Shown piece after piece: positions 16,272 through 23,714 of a DNA stretch of 56,072 bases; the stretch's first letter is position 1; every line of letters begins with the position of its first letter. This DNA comes from Steroidobacteraceae bacterium (GTDB taxonomy: Bacteria; Pseudomonadota; Gammaproteobacteria; Steroidobacterales; Steroidobacteraceae). The stretch lies in NCBI GenBank assembly GCA_036496405.1, contig DASXLF010000564.1, forward strand, positions 1 to 56,072, written 5' to 3'. The position numbers were made by a program, and so were the translations under genes. The notes beneath the pieces are model-generated. The model saw only the letters and a program-made list of their open reading frames with translations, made no database searches and was not told the origin of the DNA.

Positions 16272-17026
16272 TCGTTCTTGACCTCGTTGCTGTTTTGATT
16301 CGTCAGGACCTCATGCTCGCGCAACTCACCGCGCAGAAACAGTCGCCGGCTCAAGTAAAAGCGCACACCCAGTCCGACGTAGGCGGTCTGATTGCTGGAA
16401 CTGACCGGTTGCGCCAGCGTGGCCTTTGGTTCCACCCGCTCATAGCCGCCGCCGAGGGTTACAAACGGCGAAAGACGCCGATTGGGCAGGAACACGTGAC
16501 TGAAACCCAGGTCGATCAAATAGCCATTGGACAGATTGCCGAGAAACTGGGAGGCGGATAGTTCTATTTTCAGGTTGTCAGTCAGCGACAGTGCCTGATA
16601 AGCCGAAATCAGTGTGGCGCCGGCATAGGCGCCGCCAAATGCGCCGCTCTCCCAGCGATGACTGGCAAATCCGGCGAGATCGCCGAGATTGAGCTGGAAC
16701 GGCGTACCGTCCGCCAGGGTCGTGCGCATGAGGTCGCGTTCGTACGCCCAGCCCTCGACGCCGCGTTCGGTGCGGACCTTGAACCACTCGGTGCGTCGCA
16801 TCAACACGTCCACCGATTCGCCACGGGCCACCACCTGGGTGACCGGGTAGCCGCGGCCGGGTCCGGTGTGCAGCTCCAAATAGGGCTGCACGACGAACAA
16901 TTGCAGATAGTCGCGCGCACTGGCATCAGCCGCCGCCCCGAGCGAGAGCAGCAGCGCGGCGAGCAGGGGAGCGACCTTAGTTGGCCAGCGGCGCGTCGAA
17001 CGGGTTGTTGTAATACTGAGCTCCAA
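16241..17026 (-). CDS. Bacterial SH3-domain plus outer-membrane beta-barrel protein
   Basis: Signal peptide, then an SH3b-like segment (LELHTGPGRGYPVTQVVARGESVDVLMRRTEWFKVRTERGVEGWAYERDL). A beta-barrel-like C-terminal half ends in FAFFY. The only in-frame start ahead of the signal peptide is the TTG at 17026, which overlaps the upstream gene by 50 nt. Confidence 0.65.
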   Translation of the reverse strand: MELSITTTRSTRRWPTKVAPLLAALLLSLGAAADASARDYLQLFVVQPYLELHTGPGRGYPVTQVVARGESVDVLMRRTEWFKVRTERGVEGWAYERDLMRTTLADGTPFQLNLGDLAGFASHRWESGAFGGAYAGATLISAYQALSLTDNLKIELSASQFLGNLSNGYLIDLGFSHVFLPNRRLSPFVTLGGGYERVEPKATLAQPVSSSNQTAYVGLGVRFYLSRRLFLRGELREHEVLTNQNSNEVKNEWKLGFAFFY

Positions 17027-19760
17027 TATCCACCCACTCTGACAACAGCCGCAGCTCCGCTGCGGTCATGAACCCGGCATGGTTCACTGTCCCCGTCACG
17101 CTGCAGCCCATGCTGGCGCCGGTGATCGTCGCGAAAAAGCACGAGCCGTTGGCGCTGCCGGCGGCAATCGGACCGGGCACCGCTACCCCCGAGTCTACCA
17201 ACTGATTGGTCATGTTGAGTGATAAGACGTCGTGAGTCTCCACGAGCTGGGTATAGGCGCGCAACTGCGCGGTGGCACTTTGCGCCGGATCGGCATCGAG
17301 CTGCAGGTTGCCGTCGGGCGGCATCGGCACCGCCACACCTCCGACCATGGTGGTGCGGGTCGCGGTGTGGCAATTAGTGCAGGTATTGGCACCCAGCGGA
17401 TTCACGCTGATGTCACCGCGCACCATGCTCCACAACGGATCGATGATGGTCGGGTAGTTGATGATGCTCAGGCAATACCCCGACCATACGCCCACGCACG
17501 CCTGCACAATTGGCAGGTTCGAGGTCAGTGCGCTGTAGGCGTATGAAATGGGTGCGTTCGGACCGGTGGTATTGGTGTTGCCGTCGCCCCAGGCGTCGTT
17601 GAATATCACATCCGCGCTCAATGGCGCCGCCGATGGCGTGGCGGCGTTGTTGTTGCAACTGACACTGCCCACCAGTTCCTGCGCCATGGTGTCACCCGGG
17701 CATAGCGTCAGCGTCGGTACGCTGCCATTGCCGGCAGCGGTGAAAGTCGAGCCGTCGCCGGCGTTGAGAGCGGTGAATAGTCCGGCGCGGCCATGCGATC
17801 GGCCGCTGACCTCGACCGCGATGCCATCGGCGCCAGTGATCACCTGCGAACCTTGCGGGGTGTGACAACCATTACAGCTCAGCACTTCGCCCGGCTGTAC
17901 CGTCAACCAGGAGCGGTGCCGCGGGAAGTCCGGTAATGCCCTGGCATTGGCGTCCAGCACCGTGATCTGAAAGGCCACATTCGCCGGCACCATCACACGC
18001 ACCGAGCCGTCGGGCTCGATCGGTACGTAGCCGAGCAGCTGGCGCATGTAGCCCACTGAGCCGCCGAGCGCGATGTTGCGGTCGAATTTCGGAAACCCGT
18101 CCTTGAGCCGGGTATCGCCGAAAGCCACGGCCTTCTCGATGCGCAGGAATCGCGCTGGCCGGTTCGCGGCGCTGGCTGTAGCCACCGACCCCAGGCTGGC
18201 ATTGGCGCCGAGGCCGGCCGCGACACCGTCGCGATCGTAGACGCTGCGGATGTCGAGAATGCCGTAAGCGGGATCGAATCCCTGGGGTACCGCGGAGTCG
18301 AGCGGGCAACTGATAGTGTTGGTGCAGGGAATGGTGCGCGGCTCCAGCGACACCAGGTCACTGATCATCTCGCCTTCTACCGGCGCGAAGATGGGTTTCA
18401 GCGTGCTGTCGTTGAAATTGAGCAGCCAGGCGCTGTAGAGCGGCGGCGCGAGCGACAGACCGGTAGCGCTGGAGTTCACGTTGGCGAGGTTGTCGGCGCT
18501 GCACGCGACGATCACGCCGGTGGCATCCTGCAGCCGGCATTGACCCCAACTCACCAGCACGCGGTTGGTGCCGTCCCACAGGGGGAAGGCTGAATTGAAA
18601 CGCCCGCCCGGCGAGGGCACCGGCACGCCGTTGGCGGTTTGTGTACGCACGTCGTTCTGGGTGGCGGTGGTTTGTGCGGTCGCGGCAGTCGGGTAGAGCG
18701 TGTCGGGCAGCGACTGATTATTTTCGGCGAAGCCGTCGATGTTGATGATCTGCAGATTGCCGCCGAAGTCGGCATCGGCAAACGGGCGTACCAGCGCCAG
18801 CACGCGACCGTCCTGCAACTGGCGCGTGTTCACGAATTGCACCGCGCAGCTCAGGCCCGACGGGCACTGTGCGGCGTCCGACGGATTGGTACTGCTGGTC
18901 TCGTGGCTTTGCGCGCCGTACAGCAACTGCACGCCGGTGCCATCGGGATTGGCACTGTAGAGATGCATGGCGCTGCCGCCGGTGCGCCCCGGCGTGTTGT
19001 CCCAGCGGCTCCACATGATGCGACCGCTGGACATCAACGAGGCGTCGACGTCATGACTGGGGTTGTATGAGATCTGATGAATGCCGGTGCCGTCAGCATT
19101 CATTACTTCCAGCAGAAAATCCGAGGTGTTCTGCGACTCGGTCTGGGCTTCGAACGGTTGCACGTTCTCGCCAGTGCCGCCTTCATTGATCAACACCTCG
19201 CGCGATGTGGTCTGGCGTGTCGAGGAGAAGACGATGCGGCCGTCGGTGAGATAGTGCGGGCCGACATCGTTGGCATTGGGTTCGGTGTCGACACTGGTGC
19301 CAGTCAGCTGGCTCAGCACTTTTCCCGGCACATTGTATTGCCAGATGTGCCAACTCGGGGGCGAGAAATCCTGTTGGTTCGGAGTGATCGGGCCACGCAT
19401 GGCGAATACCAGCAAGGTGCCATCCGGCGACACGTCCAGGTCTTTCACATCCCAGACATCGGTGCCGGTGACGCTGGCGGTAATGTTCTGTTCCACGCCG
19501 GTGGGACTGGCGCTGGTGCGCACATAGACATCGGCCTTGCCCCAGTAGTTGCGCGGGAGCGTCACGTCGTCCTTGGCGCGCAGTTGTGCCAGGCCGGCGG
19601 CGTCGGCCGGCAGCGTGCGTTTGACGTAGGCAATCGCGAAGTCGATGTTCAATCCGCTCGAGGACTGACCCTTGCCGATATTGAGATCACCGCGACTGCT
19701 GCAGGCAGCGATGATTGCCGCCGCGAGCGCGATGCCCAGCGTGCGTGTTTGACGTCTCAT
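16977..19760 (-). CDS. Large lipoprotein: TolB-like beta-propeller plus C-terminal dihaem c region (hydrazine synthase alpha-subunit-like architecture)
   Basis: Lipobox AIIAACSS, with propeller-type repeats (VSPDGTLLVF, LTDGRIVFSS, NADGTGIHQIS, ANPDGTGVQLLY). There are two CxxCH motifs, CNGCH at 17862-17876 and CTNCH at 17367-17381. The start is either the ATG at 19760 or the TTG at 19769. Confidence 0.8.
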   Translation of the reverse strand: MRRQTRTLGIALAAAIIAACSSRGDLNIGKGQSSSGLNIDFAIAYVKRTLPADAAGLAQLRAKDDVTLPRNYWGKADVYVRTSASPTGVEQNITASVTGTDVWDVKDLDVSPDGTLLVFAMRGPITPNQQDFSPPSWHIWQYNVPGKVLSQLTGTSVDTEPNANDVGPHYLTDGRIVFSSTRQTTSREVLINEGGTGENVQPFEAQTESQNTSDFLLEVMNADGTGIHQISYNPSHDVDASLMSSGRIMWSRWDNTPGRTGGSAMHLYSANPDGTGVQLLYGAQSHETSSTNPSDAAQCPSGLSCAVQFVNTRQLQDGRVLALVRPFADADFGGNLQIINIDGFAENNQSLPDTLYPTAATAQTTATQNDVRTQTANGVPVPSPGGRFNSAFPLWDGTNRVLVSWGQCRLQDATGVIVACSADNLANVNSSATGLSLAPPLYSAWLLNFNDSTLKPIFAPVEGEMISDLVSLEPRTIPCTNTISCPLDSAVPQGFDPAYGILDIRSVYDRDGVAAGLGANASLGSVATASAANRPARFLRIEKAVAFGDTRLKDGFPKFDRNIALGGSVGYMRQLLGYVPIEPDGSVRVMVPANVAFQITVLDANARALPDFPRHRSWLTVQPGEVLSCNGCHTPQGSQVITGADGIAVEVSGRSHGRAGLFTALNAGDGSTFTAAGNGSVPTLTLCPGDTMAQELVGSVSCNNNAATPSAAPLSADVIFNDAWGDGNTNTTGPNAPISYAYSALTSNLPIVQACVGVWSGYCLSIINYPTIIDPLWSMVRGDISVNPLGANTCTNCHTATRTTMVGGVAVPMPPDGNLQLDADPAQSATAQLRAYTQLVETHDVLSLNMTNQLVDSGVAVPGPIAAGSANGSCFFATITGASMGCSVTGTVNHAGFMTAAELRLLSEWVDIGAQYYNNPFDAPLAN

Positions 19761-19879
19761 TATCTCCAAGCTCCGTTACCGCTTGATTGAGAGTTCATTC
19801 TTTGGCGCTTCAATGCGATGTGATCCCGGTCTCAGTTTTTAACCCTGCATTCAACGATACGATAACGTTGATACGTAAT

Positions 19880-19915
19880 GAGCCGTGATGTCTGTGCTTT
19901 GAGACATTACGGCTC
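19880..19915. repeat. 14-bp imperfect inverted repeat (hairpin) in the divergent intergenic region
   Basis: GAGCCGTGATGTCT (19880-19893), loop gtgctttg, AGACATTACGGCTC (19902-19915). There is one G/A mismatch, which would be a G:U pair in RNA. Confidence 0.3.
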
Positions 19916-19945
19916 TCTGAACCCGTGCGTATAGTCGCTCGCACT

Positions 19946-19964
19946 GTGCAAAGATATTTTGCAC
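19946..19964. promoter_or_regulatory. Perfect palindrome GTGCAAA-gatat-TTTGCAC, candidate operator just upstream of the SD of the plus-strand haem operon
   Basis: Read directly. It sits in the most AT-rich segment of the window (19770-19960) and ends 2 nt before the AGGGAG SD at 19966-19971. Confidence 0.35.
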
Positions 19965-19976
19965 CAGGGAGTGATG

Positions 19977-21158
19977 ATGAGCACAGCAGGGACACGCAGC
20001 AGCGCCGCGCGGCACGCGACGAGCTTGATGCTCGCTGCACTCCTAGGATTTCAGCCGCTGGCCCCGCTCATTGCCGGAGCTAACGAACAGGCCGCTCGCA
20101 TGCACAGCCGTCTGGCCGGCGTACCGCCCAGCAGCGCGGTGCTTGCGCAGATGGCGACGCTGATCAGCAACAACAATGCGCAGGCTGCGGCGCAGCTGGC
20201 GATGAACAACAGCGGCTTCTACAACGTGACGCTGCGCAATTTCATCGCGCCGGCGACCAATCGCGCGCAGTCGCCGTTCGTGCCGCTCAACGACTACACC
20301 GCCACCGTCATCGGCATGATCCGCGACAATGTGCCGTTCAACACGGTGCTGTCGGCGGATCTGCTCTACATAGGCAACGTCAGCGGCGCACCGCCGTATT
20401 CGCCGAGCAACAATAATCACTACCAGTATCTCGACGACCACGGCGTGGACCTGAAATCCGCGCTTGTTGCGACGACGCAGTCCTCGCTTACCGGCATACC
20501 GTCTTCGGCCACCGCCGGGGTGATCACCACCGAGGCGGCGGCGGCGGCGTTTTTCATTGCCGGCACTAATCGCGCGATGTTCCGCTTCACCATGATCAAC
20601 TACCTGTGCAATGACATGCCGCAGGTCATGGATATCTCGCGGCCGCCGGATCGCATCCGCCAGGACGTCAGCCGCTCACCCGGCGGAGACAGCCGCGTGT
20701 TCCTGAATAATTGCATCGGTTGCCACGCCGCCATGGATCCCATGGCGCAGGCATTCGCGTACTACAACTACGATCCGACGGCGCTGCAGCTGGTCTACAC
20801 GCCCGGGCAGACGCAGGCGAAGTATCACATCAACACTGGCAACTTCCCGTATGGCTTTGTCACGCCGGACGACTCATGGGACAACCGCTGGCGTACCGGA
20901 CCGAATGCATTACTGGGCTGGAGCCCGGGGCTGCCCGGCAGCGGCAATGGCGCCAAGTCGCTGGGGCAGGAATTGGCCAGCAGTCAGGCGTTCGCCGACT
21001 GTCAGGTGCAGAAGGTATTTCAGGCCATATGCCTGCGTCCGCCGAGTAATGCTGCCGATCGCACCGAGGCGGCGCAAATCGTCGCCGACTTCAAGTCCGG
21101 CGGATACAACATGAAGCAGGTCTTTGCCGAGACTGCCGCGTACTGCATGGGTAACTAG
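19977..21158 (+). CDS. Secreted monohaem protein, DUF1585/DUF1588-like (Planctomycete PSCyt/PSD-type)
   Basis: I chose the ATG at 19977, 5 nt after the AGGGAG SD; the track uses the TTG at 19959. It has a signal-like N-terminus. CIGCH at 20712-20726 sits in the context NNCIGCHAAMDPMAQAF, which resembles the C..CH...DP.G motif I recall for DUF1588. Confidence 0.75.
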   Translation: MSTAGTRSSAARHATSLMLAALLGFQPLAPLIAGANEQAARMHSRLAGVPPSSAVLAQMATLISNNNAQAAAQLAMNNSGFYNVTLRNFIAPATNRAQSPFVPLNDYTATVIGMIRDNVPFNTVLSADLLYIGNVSGAPPYSPSNNNHYQYLDDHGVDLKSALVATTQSSLTGIPSSATAGVITTEAAAAAFFIAGTNRAMFRFTMINYLCNDMPQVMDISRPPDRIRQDVSRSPGGDSRVFLNNCIGCHAAMDPMAQAFAYYNYDPTALQLVYTPGQTQAKYHINTGNFPYGFVTPDDSWDNRWRTGPNALLGWSPGLPGSGNGAKSLGQELASSQAFADCQVQKVFQAICLRPPSNAADRTEAAQIVADFKSGGYNMKQVFAETAAYCMGN

Positions 21159-21189
21159 GCGACGCCGCCGGCCTCTCTGGGAGACTACA

Positions 21190-23691
21190 GTGAATCGAAT
21201 CCGTCCCCGTCCGCCGACTCTGGTGCTCCAGCTGGCCCTGCTGGGGCTGGTCGCCTGTTCCGGCGGCGCACCCACGACGCAGAATCCGAACACTGCCGTC
21301 ACCACCGCATCCGTGTACGCCGGGCCGGCGCCGGCATCGGCGGACGTCGAGGCGTTCAAGGTCAATCTGTGGCAGAACATCAATATGGCGTCGCGCTGCG
21401 GTGGCTGCCACAAAGCCGGCGGACAGTCGCCGATGTTCGCGCGCAGCGACGATGTCAACCAGGCCTATAGCGCCGCGCTCACGGTGGTCAATCTCACGCA
21501 GGCCGATCAGTCCACCATGGTGGTCAAGGTCGCGGGCGGACACAATTGCTGGCTCTCGAGTCCGTCGGCGTGCGCGGACATTCTCACCACATGGATTCAG
21601 AACTGGGCCGGAGGCGGCTCGGGCGGCGCTGCCGGCTCGACACAGATCGTGCTCACCGCGCCGGTCGATCAGGCGGTGGGACCGACCAAGCAGTTCCCGG
21701 CCGACTCATCGCTGTTCTCCAGCACGGTGTATCCGTTGCTGACCATGTTCTGCTCGCGCTGCCATTCCCCGAATGCGACCGTGCCGCAGTCGCCGTATTT
21801 CGCCAGCAGCAACGTCGATCAGGCGTACGCCGCGGCGCAGGCCAAGATCGACCTGAATGATCCGACGCTCTCGCGCTTCTACGTGCGCCTGGCGACGGAA
21901 TCGCACAATTGCTGGCCGACCACGACCGGTGGCCCGGTGGACTGCCCCGGAAGCGCCGCCCGCATGCTGGCGGCGATCCAGGCCTATGCCAATGCCGTGC
22001 CGACCACGCCGGTGGATCCGACGCTGGTAGTGTCGCGCGCCCTCACGCTCTACGCCGGTACGGTCGCCTCCGGCAATAATCGCTATGACGCCGACATCAT
22101 TGCCCGCTGGCTGTTCAAAGAGGGCAGCGGCAGCACCGCCTTCGACACCAGCGGCGTCGATCCGGCGATCAACCTGACGATCTCGGGCAATACCAACTGG
22201 GACAGCGCCTGGGGCCTGATCTTCGGCACTGGCGGCGCCAAGGCCCAGGGCTCGACCGCCACCAGCAGCAAAATCTTCAGCGCCATCAACACCAGTGGCC
22301 AATATTCGCTCGAGCTGTGGGCCGCGCCGGCCAACGTCACCCAGACCATGGCCTTCATGGGGGGCTACTCCGGCGGCACCGCGGCGCGCAATTTCACGCT
22401 CGCCCAGGATGCCATGCAGTATCAGGCGTACGGGCGCAGCACCGTCACTGATGCCAATGGCGCGCCGCCATTGACTACTGCTGCCGCCAATATGAATGCG
22501 CAGGCGGCATTGCAGCACATCGTCCTCACCTACGATCCCACTCACGGACGTCAGCTGTTCGTCAACGGCAACTTCACCGGTGACTTAGACCCGCTGACCG
22601 GCGGCACGCTCGGCAACTGGGACAACACCTTTGCCTTCCTGCTCGGCAATGAAACGTCCAATGACCGGCCATGGCAGGGAGAAATCCGTTTTGCCGCGGT
22701 CCACAACCACGCCATGACGCTGGCGCAGATTCAGGAGAACTACGCCGCCGGCGTCGGCCAGCTCTACTATTTGTTGTTCGACGTCAGTGCGCTGACCGGT
22801 GTCTCGCAGAGCTACATCATGTTCACCGCCAGCCAGTACGACAATTACAGCTATCTGTTTGACAAGCCGACGTTCATCAGTCTCAACCCGAAGGCACAGC
22901 CCGGAAATATTCCGATCAAGGGCCTGTACATCGGCATCAACGGTCAGGAAGCGGCGGTCGGCCAGGCTTACAGCACGCTGAATACCACGGTGAGCAACGC
23001 CAATTATTCACCCACCGCCGGTCAGCTGCTGTCGAGCATGGGTACGGTGTTGCCCATGCAGCTCGGGCCGGCGACCGATCTGTTCTTTCTGAGCTTCGAT
23101 CAGATCGGCACCAACACCCACGTGCGCACCTCGCCCACTCCCACGGCGCCGACGCCCACGGATCTCGCGCCTTCGGCCGATATTGGGCTGCACGTGTACG
23201 ATGAACTCAACGCCTCGATGGCGGGCATCACCGGAGTATCTCCAGGCCTGAGCGCGGTCAACACCACCTATCAGACCGTGGAGCAGCAATTGCCAACGGT
23301 AGCGAATATCCAGGGCTTCCTGCCGTCGCAGGAAATCGGTATCTCGCAGCTGGCAATCCAGTACTGCAATGCGCTGGTCAACGACAGTACGCTCGAGCCG
23401 GCATTCTTCCCTGGCCTGAATCTGAACCAGACTCCGGCAGCGGCGTTCGGTACCACCGCCGGCATGGACCTGGTGATCACGCCGCTGATCAACAGTCCCG
23501 CCATCGGTGCCGGTCTGGCCAGCCAGCCCACGGCCGCGCAGGTGCGCACCGAGCTCTACAGCCTGATGACGAACCTCGTCAACTGCAGCGTCAGTGATCC
23601 GACCTGCGTGCAGACCCCGACGCGTACCCAGACCATCACCAAGGCCGTGTGCGCCACCGTGCTCGGCAGCGCGACGACTTTGATCAAGTAG
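21190..23691 (+). CDS. Lipoprotein with duplicated CxxCH haem-c module and central LamG/concanavalin-like domain
   Basis: I chose the GTG at 21190, which has a GGGAG SD; this gives VNRIRPRPPTLVLQLALLGLVAC/SG with a lipobox. CGGCH is at 21397-21411 and CSRCH at 21751-21765, each followed about 45-55 aa later by HNCW. LamG-like hallmarks are present (WLFKEGSGSTAFDTSG...LFVNGNF...WQGEIRFAAVHNHAMTLAQIQENY). Confidence 0.75.
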   Translation: MNRIRPRPPTLVLQLALLGLVACSGGAPTTQNPNTAVTTASVYAGPAPASADVEAFKVNLWQNINMASRCGGCHKAGGQSPMFARSDDVNQAYSAALTVVNLTQADQSTMVVKVAGGHNCWLSSPSACADILTTWIQNWAGGGSGGAAGSTQIVLTAPVDQAVGPTKQFPADSSLFSSTVYPLLTMFCSRCHSPNATVPQSPYFASSNVDQAYAAAQAKIDLNDPTLSRFYVRLATESHNCWPTTTGGPVDCPGSAARMLAAIQAYANAVPTTPVDPTLVVSRALTLYAGTVASGNNRYDADIIARWLFKEGSGSTAFDTSGVDPAINLTISGNTNWDSAWGLIFGTGGAKAQGSTATSSKIFSAINTSGQYSLELWAAPANVTQTMAFMGGYSGGTAARNFTLAQDAMQYQAYGRSTVTDANGAPPLTTAAANMNAQAALQHIVLTYDPTHGRQLFVNGNFTGDLDPLTGGTLGNWDNTFAFLLGNETSNDRPWQGEIRFAAVHNHAMTLAQIQENYAAGVGQLYYLLFDVSALTGVSQSYIMFTASQYDNYSYLFDKPTFISLNPKAQPGNIPIKGLYIGINGQEAAVGQAYSTLNTTVSNANYSPTAGQLLSSMGTVLPMQLGPATDLFFLSFDQIGTNTHVRTSPTPTAPTPTDLAPSADIGLHVYDELNASMAGITGVSPGLSAVNTTYQTVEQQLPTVANIQGFLPSQEIGISQLAIQYCNALVNDSTLEPAFFPGLNLNQTPAAAFGTTAGMDLVITPLINSPAIGAGLASQPTAAQVRTELYSLMTNLVNCSVSDPTCVQTPTRTQTITKAVCATVLGSATTLIK

Positions 23692-23714
23692 AGATTTCAT
23701 ACGAGGCGCCAGTC

